Below are positions 18,465-27,083 of a stretch of DNA of 64,000 nucleotides, in pieces. The position numbers were made by a program, and so were the translations under genes. The DNA is taken from the NCBI GenBank assembly GCA_017559525.1, contig JAFYRI010000007.1, positions 73,132 to 137,131 on the forward strand. The letters run 5' to 3'. The notes beneath the pieces are model-generated. The model saw only the letters and a list, made by a program, of their open reading frames with translations. It was not told the DNA's origin and did no database searches. Origin of the DNA: Alphaproteobacteria bacterium. GTDB taxonomy: Bacteria; Pseudomonadota; Alphaproteobacteria; CAAHEQ01; UBA3637. Positions within the stretch are counted from its first letter, which is position 1. Each line of letters starts with the position of its first letter.

Positions 18465-19538
18465 ATGAAACAGAATAAAATGCAACAATCTGGTCGTAGT
18501 ATGGTTGAAATGCTTGGTACTTTAGCTATTGTCGGTGTATTATCCATTGGCGGGATTTTAGGGTACTCTTATGGCATGGATAAATACCGTGCAAATACGA
18601 TTATAAATGATGTGATGTTAAGAAGTGTTGACCTTATCGCTCAGAAAATGCGAGGTGGTAGCCCCAATCTGGCTGAATGGCAAACAACGACTGCTGGGGG
18701 ATATACAATTGGATTGGAAAATGGTACTACAGGTATTCAGGTAGATGGATTGCCTAAACGATTATGTCAAATAGTGTTTGATAGTATGATTAACAATGCA
18801 ACCATTAAAGTTGGTGCTACAGAATATGATACGCGATCCGATGATGTGTGTGGTGATACAAATACGATGGTGTTTTATGTGGATGATACAGCCAGCATCA
18901 AAACAGAAGAAACAACGACAACAACAGAACCACCATGTGAAGGCGATAATTGTCCTTGTACCTCGAATGATCAATGTAATGCTAATCAGTATTGCGCAGA
19001 TACAAATGAAACGTCAGTACACGCAACGCCTTCTATGTGTAAAAGCTTACCTTCTAGTGATACTTATAAAATTTTAGGTAAATCATATTTGATAATAAGA
19101 GATATTCATTCATGGTGGGATGCTGTTAATATTTGTTCAGCATTTGGCAAAAAAAATGGTGTAAATATGTCCTTGGTAAGTTATGAAGACTTTCAAAATA
19201 ATTCTCAATCTTTAATGTTAGCACTTTATCAGAATGTTAGCTATATAGATTTTTGGAGTAGCACAACATTTGATAATTCAGCTTATTATTTTATGGTAGG
19301 ATATGGTAATTATTCTATGGAAGAAAAACATCTGCCTGATAGAAGTATATTATGCCATATTCCAGAAGAAACCCAAGAATATGGAAATGAATGTGTTTCA
19401 AATGAAGAATGTGTTAAATGTGATAATGGTTGGAAGATATTTCAAGCAAATGGGACGCCATGTAAAGCAAGTAATGGGGTTAGCGGTTATTGTTCTGGAG
19501 ATGGAGAATGTATAGTGTCAAGTGTTACTATTAGATAG
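18465..19538 (+). CDS. modular prepilin-type protein: pilin-like module + Thr/Cys-rich spacer + CTLD/DUF1566-like C-terminus
   Basis: MKQNKMQQSG|RSMVEMLGTLAIVGVLSIGG; GYSYGMDKYRAN...; LPKRLCQIV...DDVCGDTNTMVFY; SWWDAVNICSAFGKK...SLVSYEDF. Confidence 0.78.
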   Translation: MKQNKMQQSGRSMVEMLGTLAIVGVLSIGGILGYSYGMDKYRANTIINDVMLRSVDLIAQKMRGGSPNLAEWQTTTAGGYTIGLENGTTGIQVDGLPKRLCQIVFDSMINNATIKVGATEYDTRSDDVCGDTNTMVFYVDDTASIKTEETTTTTEPPCEGDNCPCTSNDQCNANQYCADTNETSVHATPSMCKSLPSSDTYKILGKSYLIIRDIHSWWDAVNICSAFGKKNGVNMSLVSYEDFQNNSQSLMLALYQNVSYIDFWSSTTFDNSAYYFMVGYGNYSMEEKHLPDRSILCHIPEETQEYGNECVSNEECVKCDNGWKIFQANGTPCKASNGVSGYCSGDGECIVSSVTIR

Positions 19539-19565
19539 AAAATAATTTATGTTTGTTTCCTCTTT

Positions 19566-19602
19566 AAAAACCCGCCGAAAATAATCCGACGGGTTTTATT
19601 TT
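19566..19602 (+). terminator. rho-independent terminator
   Basis: aacccgccg...cgacgggtt followed by a T-rich run. Confidence 0.65.
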
Positions 19603-19622
19603 GTTATTTACTATTAATTTTT

Positions 19623-19660
19623 CTCTATTTCAACAATTAACCGAGGCACCTCTGGCTGAT
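19623..19660 (+). repeat. duplicated fragment of the rarA 5' coding sequence (codons 4-15)
   Basis: 19623-19650 is identical to 20704-20731; the next 10 nt differ at 3 positions, all synonymous (both encode LFQQLTEAPLAD). Confidence 0.9.
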
Positions 19661-19673
19661 TACGGTTCCAGAA

Positions 19674-20159
19674 ATGGTTCAAACTGTTAAATCTGAATGC
19701 GCTTATGATTTTACAGTTCCGGAAAAGGTGCAAGTGGTAGCAGCCGATTGCGCTTATGATTTTATCGCGACGGAAATGGTCGATACAGGAGAAGTTGAGC
19801 TATCTTTAATTCCTGTTTCAGGCCAAATATGTGGTAGTGGTGAATATTGTATTTTAAATTGGACGAATGATACATGTACAGGTAATGTTAGCACATATGG
19901 GGTGAATACAACGACCCGTATTTATGGGCGGTGTGCGTCATTTGAGGAATATTATAATATTTGTAAAAGTGTTGAAAATGGTGAATTTTCTATGACTGTT
20001 AATCGGACCTGTCATCAAGAAAATACGTATTGTTCTATTCTTTGGGGGAATAGTATGTGTGAGGAGGTTCGTACCTATGGTGTTAATACTCAAACGGATT
20101 TATATGGGGTATGTTTGTCTTATGATGGCAAAGGTGATACAACCTGTCCATTTAAATAG
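19674..20159 (+). CDS. Cys-rich protein with internal duplications, no export signal (possibly 5'-truncated)
   Basis: 161 aa; CAYDF short repeat x2, then CGSGEYCILNWTNDTC...YGVNTTTRIYGRC / CHQENTYCSILWGNSMC...YGVNTQTDLYGVC. Confidence 0.5.
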   Translation: MVQTVKSECAYDFTVPEKVQVVAADCAYDFIATEMVDTGEVELSLIPVSGQICGSGEYCILNWTNDTCTGNVSTYGVNTTTRIYGRCASFEEYYNICKSVENGEFSMTVNRTCHQENTYCSILWGNSMCEEVRTYGVNTQTDLYGVCLSYDGKGDTTCPFK

Positions 20160-20170
20160 AAGGAGAAAAA

Positions 20171-20572
20171 ATGAAAAAAATAATTTTATTAACACTGGCA
20201 ATTTTGATGATATCCAATGTGGCAAATGCGTGTGGTGGTATTACACTTAAGGGAAAGTCGGGAGCTACCTATTGTCTCAGTAAACATAAACTTCATTGGT
20301 ATAGTGCTTATGCATGGTGTAAAGATCAAGGTATGGAATTGATTGATGTAAAAGAGGTTTGTGGTCAGCTTAGTGGTAAGTGTTCTGAATTAGCCCTCAC
20401 AGATGAAGAAAAAAATAATATTTCGACGTATACAGGGGGGAAAGCAACAGAATTTTGGACTCGTACAGCGGCATCTTCTAGTGCGGCATACTATATCAGT
20501 ATAAAAGATGCGAATATAGGATCGTATGGATTTATGCCAGTCTGGGTTGCTCCAAATGCTCTTTGTAAGTAA
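20171..20572 (+). CDS. small secreted CTLD/DUF1566-like protein
   Basis: AGGAGA 7 nt upstream; Sec signal MKKIILLTLAILMISNVANA; HWYSAYAWCKDQGMELIDVKEV...FWTRTA...ALCK. Confidence 0.7.
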   Translation: MKKIILLTLAILMISNVANACGGITLKGKSGATYCLSKHKLHWYSAYAWCKDQGMELIDVKEVCGQLSGKCSELALTDEEKNNISTYTGGKATEFWTRTAASSSAAYYISIKDANIGSYGFMPVWVAPNALCK

Positions 20573-20660
20573 ATTTTTGTAGATGCATTTATAGTCCCCT
20601 GATGTTTTTAGGGGGCTTTTTTTTATCTTAAAAATTCCCTCGGTTTTTCCACTTTTTCAA

Positions 20661-20689
20661 TTGTAATTTTTTTTGAGATTGTGTATAAT
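20661..20689 (+). promoter_or_regulatory. candidate rarA promoter (would give a near-leaderless mRNA)
   Basis: TTGTAA, 17 nt (ending gtg), TATAAT; the -10 ends 7 nt before ATG 20697 and no SD is present. Confidence 0.4.
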
Positions 20690-20696
20690 CCGCCGT

Positions 20697-22007
20697 ATGA
20701 GTACTCTATTTCAACAATTAACCGAGGCACCACTCGCCGATAAAATGCGACCATCTTCTTTGGATGAGGTGGTTGGTCAATCGCATTTGCTGGGTGAAAA
20801 AGCACCTCTGGCGCGTATGATTGCATCGGGTAAAATTTCGTCTTTTATTTTGTGGGGGCCCCCGGGATGTGGTAAAACCACTATCGCCAGATTACTCGCC
20901 GATGCCACCAATTTACATTTTGAACAAGTATCCGCCGTCTTTTCCGGTGTAGCCGATTTACGCAAAGTGTTTGCTGAGGCTCAAAATCGTCGTCGTATGG
21001 GTAAGGGGACTTTGTTATTCGTGGACGAAATTCATCGTTTCAATCGGGCGCAACAAGACGGATTTTTACCGTATGTTGAAGACGGTACCGTCATTTTAGT
21101 GGGGGCCACAACCGAAAACCCATCATTTGAAATTAACTCCGCTTTGTTGTCTCGGGCAAAAGTATTTGTGTTAAAACGATTGGAAAACGAATCGTTGAAT
21201 GTGATTATGGCTCGTGCCGAAACATTGATGGACAGACCGTTACCAATTGATGAAGTCGGTCGTGATTTCTTAAAGAATTTGGCTGATGGTGACGGACGAT
21301 ATTTTATTAATTTAATCGAGGCTGTTTATAACGGCGCAGAACCAAATGAAATTTTGGATGCTGAGGCTTTGTCCGGTTTGCTGCAAAAACGCTTGCCTAA
21401 TTATGATAAATCGGGCGAGGGGCATTATAATTTAATTTCAGCATTACATAAATCCTTGCGTGGTTCTGATCCCGATGCTGGTTTATATTGGTTGGCCAGA
21501 ATGGTCCAAGCCGGCGAAGACATGAAATACATTTTGCGCCGTCTAACCCGTTTTGCAACCGAAGATGTGGGATTGGCCGATCCAAATGCTTTAGTGCAAG
21601 CGATTAACGCTTGGAATTCTTATGAACGGTTGGGTTCGCCCGAGGGGGATTTGGCTGTCGCCGGTTTAGTGGTGTATTTGGCTACGGCTCCGAAATCCAA
21701 CAGTATTGAGGCCGCTTGGATTAACGTGTCTAAGGTGGCACGGGAAACGGCTTCATACAGCCCGCCAAAACATATTTTAAATGCCCCAACACGGCTGATG
21801 CGTGATTTGGGATATAATGCCGGATATCAATATGATCATGATACCAAAGAAGGTTTTTCCGGGCAGAATTATTTCCCTGAAGCGATGGGGCGCAGAACTT
21901 TTTATACGCCCGTGGAACGTGGATTTGAACGAGAAATTAAAAAACGTATTGACTATTGGAATGATTTAAGGAAGAAAAAAAATGCCCGTAAAAATGATAA
22001 CAGTTGA
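20697..22007 (+). CDS. rarA: replication-associated recombination protein A (AAA+ ATPase RarA/MgsA)
   Basis: start set at MSTLFQQL (ORF track starts at TTG 20673); Walker A GPPGCGKTT, LFVDEIHRFN, C-terminal MgsA domain YDHD. Confidence 0.93.
   Translation: MSTLFQQLTEAPLADKMRPSSLDEVVGQSHLLGEKAPLARMIASGKISSFILWGPPGCGKTTIARLLADATNLHFEQVSAVFSGVADLRKVFAEAQNRRRMGKGTLLFVDEIHRFNRAQQDGFLPYVEDGTVILVGATTENPSFEINSALLSRAKVFVLKRLENESLNVIMARAETLMDRPLPIDEVGRDFLKNLADGDGRYFINLIEAVYNGAEPNEILDAEALSGLLQKRLPNYDKSGEGHYNLISALHKSLRGSDPDAGLYWLARMVQAGEDMKYILRRLTRFATEDVGLADPNALVQAINAWNSYERLGSPEGDLAVAGLVVYLATAPKSNSIEAAWINVSKVARETASYSPPKHILNAPTRLMRDLGYNAGYQYDHDTKEGFSGQNYFPEAMGRRTFYTPVERGFEREIKKRIDYWNDLRKKKNARKNDNS
20704..20741 (+). 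repeat. rarA codons 4-15, partner of 19623-19660
   Basis: direct repeat, offset 1081 bp. Confidence 0.9.
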
Positions 22008-22968
22008 TGAAAAAGATGATAATATCCGTGTGGATCGGTGGTTCGCTCGGCATTATCCTGAACTTAAAAACGGTCAGTTGCAACGCTTAATCCGTGGTAA
22101 GAATATTCGTGTAAATGGTGCAAAAACCTCAGCCGATACACGTTTGCATACCGGTGATATTTTGCGTGTGCCACCAATGGATGTATCTGAAAAGTCTAAT
22201 TTACCTCGGAAATTGTCTAAGGCCGATATCGAATTTATGCAATCTTTGGTTATTCATAAAGATGATGATGTCATTGTACTCAATAAACCATCAGGTATTG
22301 CCGTGCAAGGGGGCAGTGGCACAGTGCGTCACATTGATGGTATGTTGGATGCGCTTCGTTTTGAAAAAGATGAAAAGCCACGTCTTGTCCACCGTTTGGA
22401 TAAAGATACATCCGGTATTTTATTGTTGGGACGCAGTGCGAATGCAGCGGCGAAGTTGGCGGAATCTTTTGCCTCTCGTGAGGCTAAAAAAGTTTATTGG
22501 GCTTTGGTGTATGGTAAACCGAAATTGTTGTCTGGTAAAATTGATGCGCCTTTGTCAAAAATGTCCGGTGAAAAGGGTGGTGAGCAAATGCGTGTGGATT
22601 TTGAAAACGGTCAAAAGGCGCAAACTTTGTACCATGTTATCGATTCGCTTGCTAGAAAGGCCAGTTGGTTGGAAATGATGCCTTTGTCCGGTCGTACGCA
22701 CCAATTGCGTGTGCATTGTTTGACATTAAATACACCAATTGTCGGAGATGGTAAATATATGGATAAAACAAGGGAAACTATGGGGTTAAAGGATGAAAAT
22801 AAGTTGCATTTGCATGCACGTGCAATAAAAATTCCTCATCCACGTAAAGGAGTACTTGAAATTTATGCAAAAATACCGCAACATATAAAAGACAGTTTTG
22901 AATTTTTGGGTTTTGATGAAAAATCTGCCCAAGATCCATTCGAATATTTTGTAAGAGGGGAAAGATAA
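21982..22968 (+). CDS. RluA-family 23S rRNA pseudouridine synthase (RluC-type)
   Basis: S4-like N-terminus RVDRWF...; catalytic HRLDKDTSGILLLGRS; 26-nt overlap with rarA. Confidence 0.9.
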   Translation: MPVKMITVDEKDDNIRVDRWFARHYPELKNGQLQRLIRGKNIRVNGAKTSADTRLHTGDILRVPPMDVSEKSNLPRKLSKADIEFMQSLVIHKDDDVIVLNKPSGIAVQGGSGTVRHIDGMLDALRFEKDEKPRLVHRLDKDTSGILLLGRSANAAAKLAESFASREAKKVYWALVYGKPKLLSGKIDAPLSKMSGEKGGEQMRVDFENGQKAQTLYHVIDSLARKASWLEMMPLSGRTHQLRVHCLTLNTPIVGDGKYMDKTRETMGLKDENKLHLHARAIKIPHPRKGVLEIYAKIPQHIKDSFEFLGFDEKSAQDPFEYFVRGER

Positions 22969-22969
22969 A

Positions 22970-25285
22970 ATGAATATCTTAAAACGCATCTTTAAAGCAA
23001 TTATGATTCTTTTGCTGGTTTTGTTTATTACAATTACTATTTTCTTTATGACATTTGATTTAAATTCATATAAAGGGATTATTACATCAAAAGCTAGTGA
23101 AGCTTTGGGGCGTCCTGTGATGATTAATAGTATGTCTATGAAATTGTCTTTAATTCCAACTATTGAAATTAAAGGTGTCAAAATTGTTAATAATGATGCG
23201 TTCAAAGATGAAGCTCCTTTACTTGAAATCGATTCGGTTGATGCAACATTGGCTTTGTTACCATTATTACAAAGTAAGGTAGAAATTAAAGCTTTTAATA
23301 TGAGTACAGCGAAAGTCAATTTAATTGAAAAAGAGGGAGTAAATAATTACACATTTGGAACGTCAAATGAAAACGCTGTGGAAATTAAAGGATCTCAGGT
23401 GGCTCAACCTCAAAAAGATATCTTTAAATCAATAAAAGATGTTTTAAGTCGATTAAGCATTGATACAATTTCAGTTAAGACGTTAGTTGTTACATATACG
23501 CAAGATACAAAAAAACAAACTTTAGCATTGATGGATGTTTCCATAGATCAATTAAAGTTAGTTAAAATGACAATCATTTATAATGGTAAGACTGTTAAGA
23601 TTATGCTTAATTTGGGGGATTTTTTATCTTTTGTTTCAAGACGTCCTAATTATTCTTTTTCAGCTACTTTAGATGCATTTGATACTCGTGTAGAATTAAG
23701 TGGTACAATTGGAAATACGCTTAATTTTAGTAACATGTTGTTTAATTTATCTGTTGAAGGTAGAAATTTGAAAAAAGTTGTAGATAACTTTGTGAAAATT
23801 GATGGTATTCCTCAAATGAATTTTGGTGCTAAGTTAATTGCAAAAGGTGATTTAAATGGACAAATGAAATTTCAACCATTAACGGCTTATTTAGGGGATG
23901 GTAGTGCTGCCTTATCTGCAGATATAACATTGCTTAATGTTAAACAGGATAAACGTGTTTCAATGGTAACAGAAATACAGCTTTTAGATGCGAAATTAGC
24001 AGCAAAATATGGCATTAAACCATTTTCAGCGAATATTGATGTTACTGGAGATGCTAAAAATATAACATTAAATAAATTAACTCTTTCGGGTGGAAAATCG
24101 GATGTTATTATGAATGGTTTGTTGTCTTTAACAGAAGCTATTCCAACTATTAAAACACAAATTGTTTCGCGTTATTTTGATTTGTCAGATTTTATTTTTG
24201 ATACCGAAATAGAAAAGAGCGTACAAACAGATAAAAATGTAGAAAAAAAACAAACTTCATTGTTTTCTGATGAAAAAATAGATTTGTTTGCATTAAAAAA
24301 AGTAAATGCTGAATTTGCGGCAACAGCTCAATATGTGAAAATTCCACACCTTGATAATATTGGTGTTGCCGTATCAGGTGATTTAAAAAATGGTTTGTTA
24401 TCTATTCCTTCTTTGACGGTTAGAATCCCTGCAGGGACGATTAAGGGGGATGTATTCTTAGATACAGCTCAAATTCCTGCAAAAGTTAACTTGAATATGC
24501 AATCTGATGAATTAAAATTGGATACGGTTAAGGTAATTGCAGAACAAGTTGAAGGTGTTAATGTATTAACAGATTTGCAATTAACAACTCAAGGAGATAC
24601 TATAAAATCTTTTGTTTCTAATTTAAATGGTCGTATTGTATTGGAAATGACAAAAGGTGAAATTCTCAATAAATGGTTTAACTCTTTACCAGTTGCTATG
24701 GGAATATTGCAAAATAAAGACAAAGCTATGAATTTTGCTGTTACAGAACAAAATAGTGAGCTAGTATGTGGAGCAGTTAATTTAGCCATTAAAAATGGAG
24801 TGATTTCATCTGATAACCAAATTGCTCTTGAAACATCAGTTGTTGATTTTTCTGTTAGTGGACAAGTTGATTTATCTAGGGAAGAATTATCATTGACGAT
24901 GGTGCCGTCATTGTCTAATGTAAAATCTTCTGTTCAAGATGCTTTAGCTTTAACAAAAATTGTTAAAGTGTCTGGTCCATTAATGCACCCTTCTTTTTCT
25001 GTTGATGCAAAAGCTGCCGTTCAAACGGCTGTGAAAGATGGTTTAAATGTTTTGGTGAATAAATTAGCTGAAAATAAAGGTATTAAATCCTCTGAAGCAG
25101 TGAATAGTAAAAAAATGCATTTATGTGAAAAGGTATTAGGACGCTCATTAACTGGAGATGTTGTACTAGAAGAGCCTTCAAAAGTGTCTGAAGAGGTTTC
25201 ACAAGAAAAAGAAGAGGTTGTTGATACCAAGGATATGATTAAACAACAGTTATTTGATTCATTAACAAAGGCTTTGAAAAAATAG
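22970..25285 (+). CDS. AsmA-family outer-membrane assembly protein
   Basis: 771 aa; N-terminal TM anchor followed by DLNSYKGIITSKASEALGRPVMI..., typical AsmA N-domain. Confidence 0.8.
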   Translation: MNILKRIFKAIMILLLVLFITITIFFMTFDLNSYKGIITSKASEALGRPVMINSMSMKLSLIPTIEIKGVKIVNNDAFKDEAPLLEIDSVDATLALLPLLQSKVEIKAFNMSTAKVNLIEKEGVNNYTFGTSNENAVEIKGSQVAQPQKDIFKSIKDVLSRLSIDTISVKTLVVTYTQDTKKQTLALMDVSIDQLKLVKMTIIYNGKTVKIMLNLGDFLSFVSRRPNYSFSATLDAFDTRVELSGTIGNTLNFSNMLFNLSVEGRNLKKVVDNFVKIDGIPQMNFGAKLIAKGDLNGQMKFQPLTAYLGDGSAALSADITLLNVKQDKRVSMVTEIQLLDAKLAAKYGIKPFSANIDVTGDAKNITLNKLTLSGGKSDVIMNGLLSLTEAIPTIKTQIVSRYFDLSDFIFDTEIEKSVQTDKNVEKKQTSLFSDEKIDLFALKKVNAEFAATAQYVKIPHLDNIGVAVSGDLKNGLLSIPSLTVRIPAGTIKGDVFLDTAQIPAKVNLNMQSDELKLDTVKVIAEQVEGVNVLTDLQLTTQGDTIKSFVSNLNGRIVLEMTKGEILNKWFNSLPVAMGILQNKDKAMNFAVTEQNSELVCGAVNLAIKNGVISSDNQIALETSVVDFSVSGQVDLSREELSLTMVPSLSNVKSSVQDALALTKIVKVSGPLMHPSFSVDAKAAVQTAVKDGLNVLVNKLAENKGIKSSEAVNSKKMHLCEKVLGRSLTGDVVLEEPSKVSEEVSQEKEEVVDTKDMIKQQLFDSLTKALKK

Positions 25286-25292
25286 GTGTATT

Positions 25293-25577
25293 ATGTCGCT
25301 TCATATTCGAGTTTATGGGCGAGTGCAAGGAGTTGGATATAGGGCTTGGACAGTATACCAAGCTCTCGACTTGCAATTAACTGGATTTGTTCGAAATAGA
25401 CGTGATAGAAGTGTGGAAATATTTGCAGAAGGAGATGAAAAATCTTTAAATATGTTATTGGAACGTTGTTATTCTGGTCCAACATTTTCTCGTGTTGATA
25501 AAATCGAAGTTGTATCTCATCCTGATGCGCCGATGCCCCAGATGTTAGATACATTTACTTCTTCTCAAACAGTTTAA
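25293..25577 (+). CDS. acyP: acylphosphatase
   Basis: 94 aa; VYGRVQGVGYRAW...GFVRNRRDRSVEI. Confidence 0.9.
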   Translation: MSLHIRVYGRVQGVGYRAWTVYQALDLQLTGFVRNRRDRSVEIFAEGDEKSLNMLLERCYSGPTFSRVDKIEVVSHPDAPMPQMLDTFTSSQTV

Positions 25578-25791
25578 TAATTGAAGGTGATACAATGAAT
25601 AATCAAAATTTGCATAAGTTATGTGTCTTGGGCGCAATTTTTAGTTTTTTACCTTTTTTTAGTTTAATTCCTTTTGCCGTTAGAATATGTGGCGGACAAG
25701 CTTCTGGATTGTTGCAATTGGGTAAGGGATTTGATGGAGAGGTATTTTCCTTTATTCGAAGCAAGTAAAAAAGTGTTCTTATCTTAACAAA

Positions 25792-25817
25792 AAGAACTTT
25801 CATTTATGAAAGTTCTT
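25792..25817 (-). terminator. terminator hairpin downstream of 25845..26174
   Basis: perfect 11-bp stem aagaactttca-ttta-tgaaagttctt. Confidence 0.6.
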
Positions 25818-25844
25818 AAATATGTAAATATTAAAGTTTTCGTA

Positions 25845-26174
25845 TTAAATAGCCGTTTGATATTTTTCTGGCAAAGGAATATCGGACATCACTTTAATTG
25901 ATGCATAATATTCTCGAACAATTGAACTACCTTGTGCTTCCACAATCAAAACTGAGGATGCAAGAGCTAAATCTGTGCGAATATCAGGATGGATATAACC
26001 AAGCACAATAGTGTTGTTTTGTGAACGGTATAATAAAGCATGCTCTTTTCCATTATAAACAATTTGTGGATTTACTGCATCATCTATACGTGCACGAATT
26101 AAAATCATAACATCCCCAGAGATGTTTTTCAAAATATTATACTTTGTTTCTTCTTCAATTAAATGTTGTACCAT
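25845..26174 (-). CDS. hypothetical protein
   Basis: 109 aa; AGAGGTGA SD upstream of the ATG; no motif recognised. Confidence 0.6.
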   Translation of the reverse strand: MVQHLIEEETKYNILKNISGDVMILIRARIDDAVNPQIVYNGKEHALLYRSQNNTIVLGYIHPDIRTDLALASSVLIVEAQGSSIVREYYASIKVMSDIPLPEKYQTAI

Positions 26175-26261
26175 GGTATCACCTCTTACACTGTATATTT
26201 AATTATTTCATAATTTAAAAGAAAAAGCAATTAAAAAAATAATAAAAACCAAATAAAAATA

Positions 26262-26290
26262 TTGACAAAAATGTAAAAGTGGGGTATATT
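26262..26290 (+). promoter_or_regulatory. sigma70-type promoter
   Basis: TTGACA, 17 nt, TATATT. Confidence 0.5.
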
Positions 26291-26336
26291 AAAATAATCT
26301 GTGACTTATTTATGAAGTGTAATGTAGAGAAATAAT

Positions 26337-27023
26337 ATGATGAATTTAGAACAAAAAAAAGAAATGGAAAAGATACCTTTTTTAATTGATGAAGCTTTAA
26401 AACATATTTTATCTGTAGAAGATACACAAAATCAAATGATTGTTAAAGCGACACAATCATATATTCTTAAACAGTGTCATCGTTGGGCTAAAAATTCGTC
26501 TCAATTGTTAAATGAACAAGATGTTATGTATGGGTTGCTTCGGTCTTGTGTTATTATGCGAGGGGATAAAAATATTGATGATTCTTTGCCTATATCCCTT
26601 AAGGTTGCTGTTGAAACACCTTTTCGGGTGCCGATGATTCGTTATGGAGTTCGTTCTCATGATGAAAAAAGTGTTAAAAAAGCAGCTTTTTTAATGGATA
26701 TGTTGTATGATGAAAGAAATCAACCTTTGTATGAAAATCAAGGTTTATTTATTGCTACTTTGATTAATCGTTTGGTTGAAGGCAATAAGCCAATGAATAA
26801 GACAACAACTGAAATGGCTCGAGTGATGATTGATAGTATATTGCGTTTACCTCAAGGTCATCAAAAAAGTGCACTGGGATGTCTTTGTGTAAAAGAATGG
26901 CCGTGTGAATTATCGGCTTATTTAGAAGAAGCTCAAATTGCTAAAGGAAATTATAGTCGCTGTATTCATTCTCATTTAAATGGTGTGAATATTACACAAA
27001 AACGTCGCTCAAGAGGTGGTTAA
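26337..27023 (+). CDS. hypothetical protein
   Basis: 228-aa ORF followed by a strong terminator; no motif recognised. Confidence 0.6.
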   Translation: MMNLEQKKEMEKIPFLIDEALKHILSVEDTQNQMIVKATQSYILKQCHRWAKNSSQLLNEQDVMYGLLRSCVIMRGDKNIDDSLPISLKVAVETPFRVPMIRYGVRSHDEKSVKKAAFLMDMLYDERNQPLYENQGLFIATLINRLVEGNKPMNKTTTEMARVMIDSILRLPQGHQKSALGCLCVKEWPCELSAYLEEAQIAKGNYSRCIHSHLNGVNITQKRRSRGG

Positions 27024-27040
27024 AAAATTCTTATTTGGAA

Positions 27041-27066
27041 AAAGACCGTATGAACGGTCTTTTTTA
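27041..27066 (+). terminator. rho-independent terminator
   Basis: agaccgt-atga-acggtct followed by T6. Confidence 0.8.
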
Positions 27067-27083
27067 TAAGGAGGAGTGTCATG

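Noticed and set aside
16038-20572. Diversity-generating retroelement targeting the C-type-lectin-like tails
   Set aside because: No reverse transcriptase ORF, no template/variable repeat pair and no Asn(AAY)-rich variable patch are visible. Differences between paralogues are spread over whole domains.
22115-23319. 187-aa alternative-frame ORF (22115..22678 +) and 177-aa antisense ORF (22786..23319 -)
   Set aside because: Both lie entirely inside the well-supported pseudouridine synthase and AsmA genes, with no SD and atypical composition.
25603-25803. 66-aa minus-strand ORF between acyP and the 25845 gene
   Set aside because: It has a low-complexity Lys/Pro-rich translation and no SD, and it overlaps the 25792-25817 terminator hairpin. 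A plus-strand alternative has only a TTG start. Coding status is undecidable from sequence.
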